Assembly: GCA_009914755.4 (NCBI GenBank)
Contig: CP086569.2
Location: 8,768,001 to 8,832,000, forward strand
Direction of reading: 5' to 3'
Length of the DNA: 64,000 bases
From: the human T2T-CHM13v2.0 reference genome, Homo sapiens
Positions 31,044 through 49,384 of this stretch are shown here, one piece after another (the first letter of the stretch is position 1; each line of letters begins with the position of its first letter). The notes under the pieces were generated by a model. It searched no databases. It had not been told where the DNA came from and saw only the letters and a list, made by a program, of their open reading frames with translations. The translations under genes were made by a program, and so were the position numbers.

Positions 31044-32393
31044 TGGTAGAAAGGGTAAAAATAAACTGTTCCAAGTCTCAGAGGTGTGAATAGAAGGAAG
31101 GATGACTTTATAAACAAACCACAATCTAAATGGCAGCTAAATTCAAAACAATGCAGAAAGCTTGGAGGTGAGAAGTTATGAAAGTGAAGAAAGACATATG
31201 TGTTACTTAACATATAACATCTTCAAGGACATTTTACCATTTCCTCTCCCAATCAATTTGTGCAGAGATAAAATCAGCTGGTTAGGCCTAGAGATTAAAA
31301 TCTGTTTGTGAAACTACAAGTGGGTGTTAAAATCTGTTGTAACCACATTAAGTTAAGAAACTTTTTTACTTCTGAGGTATCTACAGTAGAAAAAAAATGT
31401 TTTATTCTATTAACTCCTCATGATTCAATCACTAAATTGCAATTTATTTTAGAGTAGAGATGAAAACAATCTTTGAGATCCTTTTATATCTAAAATTATT
31501 CACCTAATAAGGCTGATTTTTTTCTAGTCAGTCACTGTATTTTGTCAATATTCTTTCCCTTTAAACCCGTTATCATCTTGATTACCTCTCTGATACCACT
31601 AAAACAGTAAAGAGAAAAGCAGTAAAGAAAAAGCAGATGTTAATTTTGAGGATAAGCACAAACAACTCTAATGTCTTCTGATTCTGTTCAATGACATCAT
31701 TATTTTTTTCAAAACTGAACAAAATATACTTTATATCACATTTTACAATAATATACATTTGCACCTTCATTTCATATACTGTTCCAAATAATCAAGAAGA
31801 TTTTTATGTTTGTTAACGTCCACATTCAAAGTTGTAAATGATTCTTCACATTTTACCAAAACATATTATTAAAGAAACAAATTCTAAAAATGTATTATTT
31901 ACATTATTTTCCCTGTATAGACAGTTTATTTGTTTGTTTATTTTATTTTTTTTTTTGTTACCCAGGCTACAGTGCAGTGGCACAATTATAGTTCACTGTG
32001 ATCTCAAACTCCTTGGCTTAAGGTAGGGTTCACCAAGCAGTACCCACCTGTGTCCTGTTAGGAACTGGGTCACACATCAGCAGGTGATTGGTGGGCAAGC
32101 ACGGAAGCTTTATCTCTAGTTAAACCATTACCTATGGTTCACCTTACCACCTGAACTCCACTTTCTATAAGATCCTTGGCATCAATTAGATTTTTATAGT
32201 AGCTAGAACACTACTATTTACTGTGCATGTGAGAAACCTAGGTTTTGCACTCTTTATAAGAATCTAAAGCCTTATCACCTGTAACTGTCTCCTATCACCT
32301 CCAGATAGAACCGTCTAGCTGCAGGATAGTAAGTTCAGGGCTCCTACTGATTCTACATGATGGTGAGTTGTATAATTATTTCATTAAATATTA

Positions 32394-34912
<2,519 letters not shown>

Positions 34913-34920
34913 GAAGTGAC

Positions 34921-35195
<275 letters not shown>

Positions 35196-36084
35196 AGTGC
35201 CTGACTGCTTGGCTGTTTATGGGAGAAATTAATGGCAAAGAGTATTCAATAGGCAAAGTTGTGTTTTGCACACAATTTTAAAGCAGTGTACTTAAGGCAG
35301 TATTTACCAAATAGAACAGATGTAACTTGTATTTTAAAAATGGGTTGTGACAGTAAAATATGAATGGAAAAAAAAATTATCCTTCACAAAAACAGTCCCT
35401 GGTGCCAAATTGTTCCAAACGATCACACATAGATGCACACACACATAAATACTTGAGTAAAAGTTTTGAAGACTAAACTCAAAGTGTTATAATAATTTGA
35501 AAGAACAAGAACAGAATATGGCCTAGATTGCAGAAAACAATATTTCAAGTAGAGAACGCTGATAAAAATAAATTGTTAACATACTTGAAAAGAAGAGGAA
35601 GTCACATGTGAGGCTATAGAACTAAAATAGGTAAATAAGAACTATATATGCAAATCATACTTATAACCTAGGCTTACAGTTTAGCTATGGAATCTAGAAA
35701 ATTAAACTGAGAGATATAATGGGGAGTCAGTGCATTATAGGTGTGATACAGACTTTTAAAAGAAATCTAAGTGATACACTAATAAATGGAAGGGGAGGGG
35801 CTGTGAGTGAAACAGAAGGCAGCCCAGAAATCAGAATATCTCTTTTGCTTCCTACCTCTGATCTATCTAGTAAGCACTTTTTTGAAAGAACACTAAACTC
35901 TTATGAGGGAGTGCAGCTTTTTTTTTTACAAACTAGAAAGAGCTATATACTACGGTATATGATTAAAAGTTGTGTGACAGTGTTTATTATCATACGTGCC
36001 ACAAATTAGGCCTTGATAAAATGAGTGAAACAAAGAAAACAAAATCAAGATGTTATGAAGCTGTGTGTTGGGGGTCGGGGGGTG

Positions 36085-36332
36085 ACTTCTCTTCATTGCT
36101 CAGGATGAAGTGCAGCAGCACAATCACAGCTCAGGCAATGTTTTCCCCTCATTGTCCCAGGTAGCTGGGACTACTGATGCAGACCATTACACTCGGCTAA
36201 TTTTTTGAATCTTAATAGAGACGGGATATCACCATGTTGCCCAGACTGGGTATGAACTCCTATAATCCGGTAATCTGCCTACCTTGGCTTCACAAAGTGC
36301 CAAGACTACCAGTGTGAGTGATAGTGCCTGGC
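36085..36332 (-). mobile_element. Old Alu
   Basis: Alu similarity. Confidence 0.8.
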
Positions 36333-36728
36333 CTAAATGAGCTTTTTCAAATGTAAAAATGGACCAAATATTACTGGTCACTTTTGTACGTGGCTCAAAA
36401 ACTATATGATTACTTTACAAGCTTGCAAAATTATGTATATTATATAAAGTTATATGTTGTATATTTATATATAAGTATATTATTTCTTTTTCTTACATGG
36501 CTAGGAAGAGGTAGTTTCCTGTCAGTGATGAAAATGTTCATTTGATAATAAAAACGTCTATTTGATGATGAGTAATGTTGATCTTTGAGGTGATTATTAT
36601 ACATAATATCAAGCGTAAATATTACTCTAGAAGCTAAAAGACATAATTGATTCACTAATCTAACTTTAAAAGTATGATAAAGGAAGTTTAAACAAATACC
36701 AACAGGTAGTGAATAAAATGGCATGTTA

Positions 36729-36830
36729 TCTTCCCAAGTACTTGAGACTACAGGTTCATACCACCACAGCAGAATAATTCTTGTATTTTTTTTAGAGACA
36801 GTGTTTTGCCACATTGCCCAAGCTTATAAA
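36729..36830 (-). mobile_element. Alu-monomer-like fragment (FLAM/FRAM)
   Basis: Partial Alu similarity. Confidence 0.45.
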
Positions 36831-38649
36831 GTAGTTTTTATTATGTGTGATAATAGCACCATGGCCATCTTCTTAAATTTAAACTTTAGAGATGCATTAA
36901 AATATCTATACAAATAAAACAATATACTTGGCATTTGCTTTATTAGAGAACTGTTAAATCAATGAGATGACTACATTTCAGTATTTTGCTTATATATAAT
37001 TTATAAATCTAATAATAAGAAGTTAATTATATCATGAGATATAAAAAATACACTGTCTGTCTTTGCTGTGAAAATTTTAACCTCTCTCAATTGGGACAAT
37101 ACTAATAAAAATGACCAAGAGAAACAGCTAGAATATTACTGTTTAAATATTAAACACCTAATAAATTATGTATTTTAAGATATATTTAAACATTTTAGTT
37201 AGTGTACAGATGACTTTATCATATCTTACCCATAATTTACATAAACTGTTTCCAAAAACTTCTGGGTACAATATTGTAGTCAGAAAGCAGCTAAATGTAA
37301 AAGATGACCTGAAATTGTCTTAGGAGATCAATATTGTACACTTTCCTATCTTCTGTCTTGTTTAGTGCTGGTTTCTCTTCAAATTTATAATGATATCTAA
37401 ACACATCATCTTGGAGATCTCCAGAGACCGGAAGACATTAGTGAGGCACTAATCTAACGTTAAATGTATAATGAAAGAAGTTGAAATAAACACCAAAAGT
37501 TGGTTAATAAAATTATATGCATTTTTTCATACTATTTTCAAAAAACTTATTGGTTTTAATATTTAGTATTAGTACTTATTTCACAGATGGACCATCATAA
37601 AGAGTTCACAGAAAAGTTATCATTAGAAATAATAGAATAATAGCAATTATAACCTGCAATTCATTAAAGATTAAAGTCTAATCTGTGGTCTCTCATAAAT
37701 AACTTATGAGGAATAAGTTACTTCGTTCTCCAAGAATTCAGTGTCTTCTTGTGAGCATAATGCATTTTTGCAGATTATATAATTTATGTGATGTATTTAG
37801 AGTTATTACAACTCAATAAATATGGCTATTAAGAGTAGTTGTGGAAGAAACACTTACACAGAAGCTCCAAAGGTCATAATTTTCTTGTAGCTACAGAGCA
37901 AAATATAGTTGTTTTACAGATATCTAACATGTTTCTACATGCTTTGCTCTTCTGAGGCTTCTGATACAGAAATAAACAATATCCAGTTCATAGCCTGAGG
38001 AAGTTCATCCCATAGAAAAAGCAACTAGGCAGACACGCATGCCACAGTAAAGTGCTGAGACAACATAAAGCAAAAGCAACCAAACAAGCACAAAGGTACG
38101 GGACTTAATTTGAATTTTATACTCTATCTGCCTCATTCACTTCTTGTCAGTATAATTAGCAATCTCTATCTATTTTAAATTCAGAACCAGAGGGGTAAAA
38201 GGGGCTTCAGTATCAGGACTTACATTCTACTTTTTTGTCCAATAGTTTCTGTTAACCAAGTATTAACGAACATCCCATATGGAGATTCTAGTAAAAGGAA
38301 TGCTTCCCAGGTTGTAATTACTGCGTGGTGTAATCTATTCAATCTAGTAAGGCAGTGTTTTTTATAGTCTTCATAAATGAAAAGTGCTGAGATGTTATTT
38401 GAAAGGCAAACTATTTCTAACCACTGAGGGAAAGAAATGTAGAAATTTAAGACTCATTTACTACAGTTTAATTATTCAAATTTCTCTATTTAATTTCTAT
38501 CAATATCTATAGAAAAATATAAATGAATGGTAAACAACTTGAGTGTAAACATTTCCAAAATTCAAGTTTTCTATATTCACCTATTTAATAGCTATATCTT
38601 AAAAATGTGATCTGCCACTAAAACGTGACTTTTTGCTGCTTTATTTTTA

Positions 38650-38975
38650 TTTATGTACTATTTACTTAATTTATTTATTTTTTTGAGATAAAGTCTTGCT
38701 CTGTTGCCCATTCTAAAGTGCAATGGCGTAATCTCGGCTCAATGCAAGCTCCGCCTCCCAGGTTCACACCATTCTCTTGCCTCAGCCTCCTGAGTAGCTG
38801 GGACTACCGGAGCCCATCACCACACACAGCTAATTTTTTTTTTTTGTATTTTTTTTTTAGTACAGATTGAGTTTCACTCTGTTACCTAGGATAGTCTCAA
38901 TCTCCTGACCTCGTGATCCGCCCGCCTCGGCCTCCCAAAGTGCTGGGATTATAGGCGGGAGCCACAGCACCTGGC
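38650..38975 (-). mobile_element. Alu with interrupted A/T-rich tail (38650-38684) and 14-bp TSD gctgctttatttt (38635-38648 and 38977-38990)
   Basis: Alu similarity plus direct repeats. Confidence 0.9.
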
Positions 38976-40559
38976 ATGCTGCTTTATTTTCAACAGATAT
39001 TTTTTATTTTTAACCAAATGCTTTTATACTTTTAGCAGCCTAATTGTAATTGTTATATAATGTTGCTAACAGGTCTACGTAGCATTATTAGAAAAGCAAA
39101 TTTTTTTCTGTAGCAGAGAAATCCCTAATTTTAGAAAAATATACATAGAATCCTAAAAATAAGCACAACTTATTTAACACAGATGGGATAAAAGTTTAAA
39201 AAAAAACCCAGAATACTTAAAAAAAGATGCGTATGATTATTAAAAATAAAGATTTCTAATTCTTCACATACTGAATTGCATTTACCGTATCATACATATG
39301 TGATTATATCAACTGTGCTTTGAAAATAAAGAAAAAAAGTGATAAATATTATCAACTATATTGTCAAGTTGTTAGATAATGAAAGCGATAAACATGCCAG
39401 TGATGGTATTGCAGACATTCTAGCCGTATCATCAAAATGCAGTTCTGAAAAAATCTCGTGAAAACACAGTAATCTCAGAATGAACAACTGTATCTGCTAT
39501 CAGAATATTTTTAAAATAATTTTTACCTCACATTTTGTTTCTCATCTTTGAACCATAATTGTCTGTATCACTACCTGTGTTTTCAGTTACAGAAATATTG
39601 TTTGTGACAAGGGTGATTATGTATAGTTGCTAGATCACAGAATTAATGTGACAGGTAGTACCAGCTTGAATCCCACAAATCCTTTTAGTGGGTAGGGCCC
39701 AACAGGGGACAGATACTCCTACACACTGAGTGATTCACAAGATGAGATAAGAAAAAAAATGCTTATGCTACAAAAATAATGATTCTGTCCATTGTTCTCT
39801 TAATCAGGCTGGGTAAATTCATTCTATCAGGCTAAGACAGAAATTTTGAAAGAGTACTTTAAACTTTTACATCAGCAACTTGAGCCACTATACAGGCCCT
39901 TTACTACAGACTTGTTAAGTAAACATTTTTAAAGACATTGCTTCTGTAACCATTTTCTTAGAATCATGTAAGATGGTATAATATTAAATTTTCATGTGTT
40001 AAACGCAGACTTAGCTTTAATCATTAATTTAGTTATAAAAACTTGTGCACTGTAAGTGTATTCAAAACACTGTCATCAGAACTTTACATAAATAAAACAT
40101 TAGAATTTTCTGTTTTAATTGAGCACTTCATTTAAAATTATTTTTCTGACTCATAAAAACTATAATCTTCACATACATTTCTGCTTTCTTCTTCAGCAAA
40201 TAGTGAAAATTGCTTTGTCTATATTCACAGTTTTATTGTGAGATGAAGTCGTTGAGATGGTGTATTTAAAAATCACTGTAAGAACTGTAAATGCTTCTCT
40301 GTGTAAAACTGAATACAACTTACACATCAATCCATCTTAGTGGTGTACTGCATATTTTGGAGCACATTGAACTGCAAGCTACAAAACAAATGGATCTTCA
40401 TATATTGACACGTGAGTGACTAAGTATAAAACAAATTTAGCAATATTTTATATTGCATACTTCTTTCTTTAAAGAAGCTATATGTATGGAGTAGTATATA
40501 TGCAGAAATAATCTGTGCATAAGAAATATAATATCGGCTGCAAGTCAATAACTTTTAAT

Positions 40560-40691
40560 ACACATCTTCATTCATATATATGTGTGGGTGTGTCTATGTA
40601 TATATACACACATATATATACATATATACATATATACACACATATATATACAGATATACACATATATATACATATATACATATATATACAC

Positions 40692-40736
<45 letters not shown>
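40560..40736. repeat. Complex (TATATACA/CATATATA)n then (TG)n then (TA)n microsatellite; arm B only
   Basis: Direct observation. Confidence 0.9.
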
Positions 40737-40737
<1 letters not shown>

Positions 40738-41024
40738 TTTTTTTTTTTTTTTGAGACGAAGTCTCACTCTGTTGCCCAGGCTGGAGTGCAGTCGCGTGAT
40801 CTCGGCTCACTGCAAGCTCTGCCTCCTGGGTTCATGGTATTCTCCTTTCTCAATCTCCCTAGCAGCTGGCCCACGCCACGACGCTGGCTGATTTTTTGTA
40901 TTGTTAGTAGAGACGGGGTTTCACCGCGTTAGCCAGGATAGTCTCGCTGTCCTGACCTCGTGATCCACCCCCTCTCGGCCTCCCAAAGTGCTGGGATTAC
41001 AGGCGTAAGCCACCGCTACCGGCC
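40737..41024 (-). mobile_element. Young Alu (AluY/Sc-like), minus orientation; arm B only
   Basis: Alu consensus similarity. Confidence 0.9.
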
Positions 41025-41135
41025 ATCTTCTTGTACATTTTTAAATGTATGTTAAACACAAGAAAACATTGACTAAATAGTTTAACAACAGGAATGGTGG
41101 TTTAAGAAAAATTTCTTTTTCAAATATATATTTAT

Positions 41136-41720
<585 letters not shown>

Positions 41721-43204
41721 TGTCAATGCAATTGTTACATAAATTAACAAAAAAGATGTTTTCAAGCAGAAAACTCTGCTGTCTACATAGAGCCCCCAAG
41801 ACAAATAAATATCTGTCCTCTTAAGCAGTGAGTTCAGCTAGAAACTACAGCAATGTGCTAGAAAATATACTCAGAGAAAAAATAAACAAATATAAAAAAT
41901 TAACATTTACCAATTAAAAATCTGTAAGGAATGCTGCTAATTATATTCTTAACCCTCAGTTTTCTCTTGAAATAAACTAAATTGTATGTTATTATTTGTT
42001 AATTTACTTATATTACCTCCCTCCCTGATTTTGAGTTCTGTGTAAGATTTGAACATTGCTAGTCACTTTGTTAGACTGATGTGAACATTTAGAAGTAATA
42101 AAGTGCAATCAAAGGTTCTCTTCTCACATTATGATTTTTAAAGCTATACCTCTCTTAGAATTTAACTAAAATAACATTAAGTAACTTCAATGTTTGGATT
42201 TAGAAGATCTTTTTAATGAATACACTTTAAATATAAAGTTTTGTAGCATTAAAGTTCACTTGTTACTCTAAAGTTTCAATATTTTTTTCACATATGATTA
42301 AATAAAACTCACTGTGGCAAGTTACCAAAACTAAATATAGGGGAGCATTTAAGAAATACATATTTTTTAAAAAATTTATATTCTCTGACTTAAATTGTTT
42401 TAATTATATACCTGATGGCTACAGAATGTTAAACTTGATCAAAACAAAAAACCCGTGAGTTAATTTTTTCTAAATGAAAAAATAGAATTTTAAACAAAAC
42501 TATTATTAGTGAGCAAAAGCAGCTTTATAATTTAAAATACCCACTAGTTATTGCTTTGTCTATGTAATGTATTTCAGTCAGTCTACTATCTTTTTGAGGT
42601 TTTTTTAGACAGCCAATAACTCGTGGTACAAGCAGCTGAAAACCAGCATTGATCGTAGCGTGTGAGCTATGCTAGAACCACCTGCTCTGCTGGCAGTTCT
42701 TTACTTCTTATATATTGCAAGTAAATTTTTGATGCAGGGAAAATGAAAACATTAATTAATTTCTAGTGAGTTAGAAAAAGTTATCACATTTATTAGTAGA
42801 AAACATAGGTTAAGAAAATATGTTTTTTTCAAAGAAAATACATTTAAAGTTTATTTGACAAAATTAAACATCTCATTATATCTTGAAACAATTTTGAATT
42901 TTCTTACAGAAGCCAATCCTAAAAAAAGTGACCATAATCAATAAACGTAATTAGTTTCCCAAGTTAGATTTTTTAAAATTTCTGAAATCTGACTTTATCC
43001 AAAAGAAAAATAACATTCTAAATTAATCTTCTCTGTTAACTATATATTAATTGAAATAAATTTATTTCCAATAAAAAGAAAATGAATTTAAATTATATTA
43101 TTTTTCTTGAATTATGAAACATATAAAGAAACTCATCAAAAATATGATATAAAAAAACTAAAGTTTTCAAGAGGGATTTTTTCTCAATTAGAAATTCAAT
43201 GAAG

Positions 43205-43460
43205 GGACTAGCATGGTGGCTCACACTTGTAATTCCAGCGCATTTGAAGGCCAAGAAAGGTCAGAAGCTTCAGACAAGCTTGGCCAATATGGTGATAGGC
43301 CCTATCAGCTGCGGTGGTGCACTCCTGCAATCTCAGGTATCAAGATGCGATGCAGAATAATGACTTGAACCTGGGAACCAGGGGATTTCAGTGTGCCAAG
43401 ACTGCACCACTGCACTCCAGCCGAAGGGACAGTGTGAGATTCCATTCTAAAAATAAAAGA
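43205..43460 (+). mobile_element. Old Alu, paralogue of 23046-23300
   Basis: Alu similarity; mirrored position. Confidence 0.8.
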
Positions 43461-43576
43461 AAAGAAATTCAATTAACTAAGTTTGTGACAACTCTGACTT
43501 GTAGTAACAAAATGTCTTAAATTATGTGTGACACACATTTCAAAGTTACTCCAACATCACCTGTACAAAAAGAAAG

Positions 43577-44362
43577 CCTTTTTATTTTTAGTTAATTTAT
43601 TTAATTTTGCTTTTTATAATTTTATTTATTATTGTTCCAGGGTACATATGCAGGACATGCTGGTTTATTTCATAGATAAACATGTCCATGATTGTTCGCT
43701 GCACCTATTAATCCATCATTTAGGTATTCAGCCCCACATTAATTAGCTATTTGTCCTGAAGCTCTTTTTTTATCCTGCCCCATGACATAACCAGATATGT
43801 GGCATTCCCCTCCCTGTGTCTATGTGTCTTCAAACTTCAGACCCTCATAAGAAGGTGGAAATGCAGTCTTTGTTTTTTTGTTTCTGTGTTAGTTTGCTGA
43901 AAATGATGGCTTCCAGCTTCATTCATCTCCCTGCACAGGACATGATCTCCTTCCTTTTTATGGCTGCATATAATTTCATGATGTATATGTGTCACACTTT
44001 CTTTATCCATTCTGTCATTGATGGGCATTTGAATAAATTCCATGTCTTTGCTACAGTAAAGCAATAACCGTACACATGCATGTAGTCTTAAAATAGAATG
44101 ACTTTTTTGTGTGTGTGAGTGCTACATACCCAGTAATGAAATTGCTGAGTCCAGTGGTATTTCTGGTTCTAGACACTTGGTGAATTATCACACACTTTTC
44201 CACAATGTCTGTACTGATTTACACTGTAAACAACAGTGTAAAAGCATTCCTATTACTGCACTGCTTTACTACCATCTATTGTTTCTCGGGTTTTTAGTAA
44301 TCATCATTTTGACTGGCCTCAGATGATACCTCATCGCAGTTTTGATTTGCATTTCCCTAGTA
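43577..44362 (-). mobile_element. Old L1 3' end fragment, paralogue of 21953-22708
   Basis: About 87% identical to the arm A copy by eye. Confidence 0.85.
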
Positions 44363-44376
44363 ATTAGTAAAAGTAA

Positions 44377-44713
<337 letters not shown>

Positions 44714-45814
44714 AGCCATTGAAAAAATTTTTAAAGTGTTTTTTTTTTTAATTTCTTCTTCAGAACTCTGTAGAATTGTAACTGTCAACAGTTCTGCTTC
44801 CACAAGACACAAACGTATTTGAGTATTTCAACCACAGAAAAAGGATGTCACTATTACACTTAGTGGAAAAGGCCAGAAAGGCTGCTCAGGCTTCCCAGGC
44901 TGCTAATCATCCTACAATGCACAGCAAAAGCTTCTCCCCCACAAAATTATATGAGTACAAAATGCCAAAGTCCAGGTATCAGAAATTCTGTCTCCTCAAG
45001 AAGCTTCATAATCTCCTAGAAAGATGCTAACTTGAAGCCCAATGCCATATAGTTCAGAAACATATTCTCACATTATATATTTCTGTGTAAGAGGGATCAG
45101 GTGGTTCAATGCTAATGCCAACTTTCAAATTTGATTTTTTAAAAATTTTGAAATGTAATAATAATTTCCTAATAAGGTTAAAACTACCAAAATGTAGTTC
45201 ACAGAATTATCTGTATTTCAAGATCCAAGAGAAGTAAGGCACAACTAGCTATGCTTCTTTTATCATGGAATTTTTGGGGAGTCATTTTGCCAGATGAAAT
45301 CCTTTATGGCCAATGGTGCTTGTGCCTGAGTTTTGCTCAGACCTGCTAAGCTTGTTCTACCCAGTCTGCCTGACGGGCTGCACTCAGCTTCCATTATGGG
45401 CCAAGATTTAACACCAGCCAAGGGCAAGCATGAGTGTGTGGTGAGTGGTGTATGAGCAAGCATGGGCTCCAGCCACAAAACACAGCCAGGCTTGCCAGGT
45501 GTGAGAGGGCAGAAAGTGTTAGGTGCCAACAAAAGTACCAGTGAAAGGAGAAGCTGCAGCTGGAACAGGAATACTGTAAGCAGCTTCCACAGCTGATACT
45601 GGGAAATGTAGTGGTGCCCAGAAGCATGGAGATTCCAGAAACTGCAAAGTCCCAAAGAAGGTGTCACAGCCAGCCCTTAGGTCTGAAAGGTCACCGTTCT
45701 CCTCTTATCTTTGTCTTCCACAATGTGATGAGCAAGGGGCAAGTTTTATCCCTGTTTGTGTTGCAGGTCATTCAGCCCTGGCATTCAACAGAACTAAAGC
45801 TGTTGTTCTGCATC

Positions 45815-45995
45815 AAGAAAGAAAGAGGTACATGCTGCCTTCAGCCTTTCCATTTCTGTCTGAAGATATAAAGCCTGAGCTAGCTGAGGCAACAGTGATG
45901 GCCTCCCCTGAGTCAGTTGCCGGGCACTATAATGTTGATTCTCCTCAGAATCCACCCTGACACCTCTGTTTACTTCTAGACCTATAACTAGACTC
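45815..45995 (+). mobile_element. ERVL (arm B copy) gag remnant left of the HML insertion; a 1.9-kb deletion relative to arm A is joined at about 45815 with tcagc microhomology
   Basis: Colinear with the reverse complement of arm A 18120-18310; 45263-45815 aligns to the reverse complement of arm A 20200-20830. Confidence 0.7.
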
Positions 45996-46001
45996 AAGTT
46001 C
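45996..46001. other. HML provirus target-site duplication AAGTTC (left copy); right copy at 54664-54669
   Basis: Identical hexamers flank the LTRs; arm A keeps a single aagttc in the uninterrupted sequence ...taagtagattaaagttctggtgggctcctagagg (reverse complement of 18100-18140). Confidence 0.85.
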
Positions 46002-46509
46002 TGCAGGGGTCTGTCCCACAGACCCTGACCCAACAACAGATGAATAAAGTACACTGATGCATGATATTCTGCTTTGCCAGTTCGACTGAGCATCTGGGCC
46101 ACTTACAGACTCCATGCAGAGTGCTGTAAACAGTTGTGACCAGGGGCTGTAAACAGTCCTGACCAGCTAATGAGACTGGTACTTATTCAGTAAAGACTAA
46201 TTGACAAAGCTCATGAGTAAACACCACTAGAGGGTAATTGACATCGTGGAGTTTCTGAGTAGAAAGCAATTAAGCACCTGCAGTATTAGATCAAAGGTTA
46301 GTCTTAGGACCACACCAGTAAAGAAGCTAGTTAGGTAAACTACTCTATCTTCCATTGTACCCACTTTAAGCTATTTACACAAGGTATGGATTAGGTTGCC
46401 TTCAGTCATAACCTTATCCTCAGACTTTTACAAATATATTTAGGCTTTCCAAGAAGGTTTGTGGCTTATAATTGTCCCCACCATCTTGATCAATCTGCTA
46501 CCTCTCCCA
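46002..46509 (-). mobile_element. HML 3' LTR; PPT agaaaacaaaaaag at 46510-46528 (reverse complement)
   Basis: About 80% identical to 54178-54663; shares the atgaataaagtacactga motif. Confidence 0.8.
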
Positions 46510-47022
46510 CTTTTTTGTTTTCTGCATCAGGTTTTCTTAATTGGAGAGCATAGGTATGTCAGCAACCAGTCTGTCAGGTGTGGCAGTCCTGGCAGTCATT
46601 ACTCTTATTCTAACTTTGCATCTTAGAATTAGCAAACAATAAAAAACAATCATGAGTACAATTAGCAGCATTCTTTTCCAGTCAAAGTGTGACCCCCAGG
46701 AGTGGGGGTCTAAGTAGGAGAAATGATCTTGCACACCCTTCCTTGTGGCTGTTTGTTGTGTGTGTAGGTCTATGGTGTGAAGGGATTCTAAAATGTTAGT
46801 TTTAAGTTGGCTTAAAACTGCTGTTAAATTGTCATGAAAAGTTCCCCAGAGATGCTGTTCTACCTCATCTCAGCAATGTATAGATTAAGTCCATGGTAGA
46901 GAAGTGACATAGAGATGTTTATGTTCCCTTAATTGCTTTCAGAATGCCAGTAGATCTTGTCGTTCCCCTGCATATTTTAAAGTAGCCTTGAGGGCTCGCA
47001 GACATGCAAGGATTTTTTTTAT

Positions 47023-47337
47023 CTATATCTTGCTGAAAGAGAATTCATTAGACACATTTTTGGCCAGATTATCTACAAAGGCAGCTATTTTTACTGACTC
47101 AGTAATAGATGCAACAGCAATGCTAGCAGTTGCCAGGATAACTACGGCTGAGAATATAAAGGCCATAAGTGTAACTGTAAACATTTTGTGTCTGTCCTGG
47201 GACAGAGCATATTCTAAGGTGGAAATGGCAGAGGAACTTTGCCAATTGCATGTCAGATTGACTGGTAGGAATGCCTCAGATTGTCTCCTTAATACCATGA
47301 CACTAGTAATTATTGGGGAACCTGCCCCAGTATTCAT
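47023..47337 (-). pseudogene. HML env TM N-terminus (furin-like RHKM site then fusion peptide FTVTLMAFIFSAVVILATASIAVASITESV)
   Basis: Similarity to HERV-K [41 protein letters not shown]. Confidence 0.7.
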
Positions 47338-48452
47338 GTAGGTTCTTTTCTATTTTCCTTAAGTGTCAGCTGGCTTGATAAATAAAGGGACAGAGTACAA
47401 AAAAGAGAAATTTTAAAGCTGGGCATCTGGGGGAGACAACACATGTCGGTAGGTTCTGTGATGTCCCACAAGCCACAGAAACCAGCAAGTTTTTATGAGG
47501 GATTTTCAAAAGGGGAGGAAGTGTGCGAATAGGTGTGGGTCACAGACATCAAGTACTTTACAAGGTAATAGAATATCACAAGGCAAATGGAGGCAGGGCA
47601 AGATCACAGGACCACAGGACCAGGGTGAAATTAAAATTGTTAATAAAGTTTCGGGCACCATTGTCATTGACAGCAATTTATCAGGAGACAGGGTTTTGAG
47701 AGCAAATGGTCTGACCAAAAATTTATTAAGTGGTAATTTCCTCTTCCTAATAAGCCTGGGAGTGCTATGGGAGACTGGGGTCTATTTCACCCCTACAGCC
47801 TTGACCATAAGAGACAGGAGCACCTAAGGGGGCCATTTATAGGCCTATACCTCCAGGTGCATATTCTCTTTCCCAGGGATGTTCCTTGCTGAGAAAAAGA
47901 ATTCAGCAATATTTTTCCCATTTGCTTTTGAAAGAAGAGAAATATGGCTCTGTTCTGCCTGGCTCACTGGTGGTCAGAGTTTAAGGTTATCTCTCTTATT
48001 CCCTGAACAATTGCTGTTATCCTGTTCTTTCTTCAGGATGGCCAGATTTCATATTGTTCAAACACACATGCTCACAATTTTTGCAGTTGAGGCAATTATC
48101 ACATGGTCCTGAGGCGACATATACCCTCATCAGCTGACAGGATTAAGAGATTAAAGTAAAGACAGGCATAGGAAATCACAAGGGTATTGATCAAGGAAGT
48201 GATAACTGTCCATGAAATCTTTGGAATTTATGTTTATGTTTAGAGATTGCAGTAAAGACAGGCATAAGAAATTATAAAAGTATTAATTTGGGGAAGTAAT
48301 AAATGTCCATGAAATCTTCACAATCCATGTTCTTCTGCCATGGCTTCAGCAGATCCCTCCATTTGGGGTCCCTGACTTCCCACAACAAGTAATTTTGAAA
48401 TTAGATATATTGTGATTGGTGATCATAATATATCTAATCAGTGTGATTATGA

Positions 48453-48812
<360 letters not shown>

Positions 48813-48828
<16 letters not shown>

Positions 48829-49384
48829 GATAGGTACCATGCCAAGTGTTAAGGGAGGTGCTGAGATGTACCAGGCACCATAAGGTGACTTGGGGTGTCA
48901 TGGACTTTACTTGGGGTCTGGAATATTCCATCCCCCCATTGGCCCAAATTATAGGGGAAAGATATATGGTTATGAAACTATGATTGTTGCTATGATGGAA
49001 GAAGACATTAGTAAGACTGCCCTGCAATAGGCGGTGGGGGCTCAAGTCTAGGATGTTATAATTGCCTAACCAGAAGCTATGGGCTTGTTTCCTGTGACAG
49101 ACCTCCCAGCTAAAGTGGAATCCATTACTTTCCTGGCTTTTTTCTTTAGTACAGGAAGGAATGTTTGGGAAAGTGGCATTGATTGCATTGCCTGGATTAA
49201 GGCTTCCTGCAGCTAAGAATGTTAAGGCATTTCTTTTGCCATGATGTAGCCATACTTGTATTTGGGCAGGTACACAGTAAGTGTTAGGGCCTTTATAACT
49301 TACACACAGTGGGAGGATAGTGGAGTGATATGTAGTATTATTTGGCACCTTAGTCCAATGTGTGCCATTATTGAGGGGTGCCAT
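48813..49384 (-). pseudogene. HML env SU fragment (multiple N-x-S/T sites), C-terminus interrupted by the Alu
   Basis: ORF 48749-49384(-), glycosylation-motif rich; position between IN and TM. Confidence 0.55.
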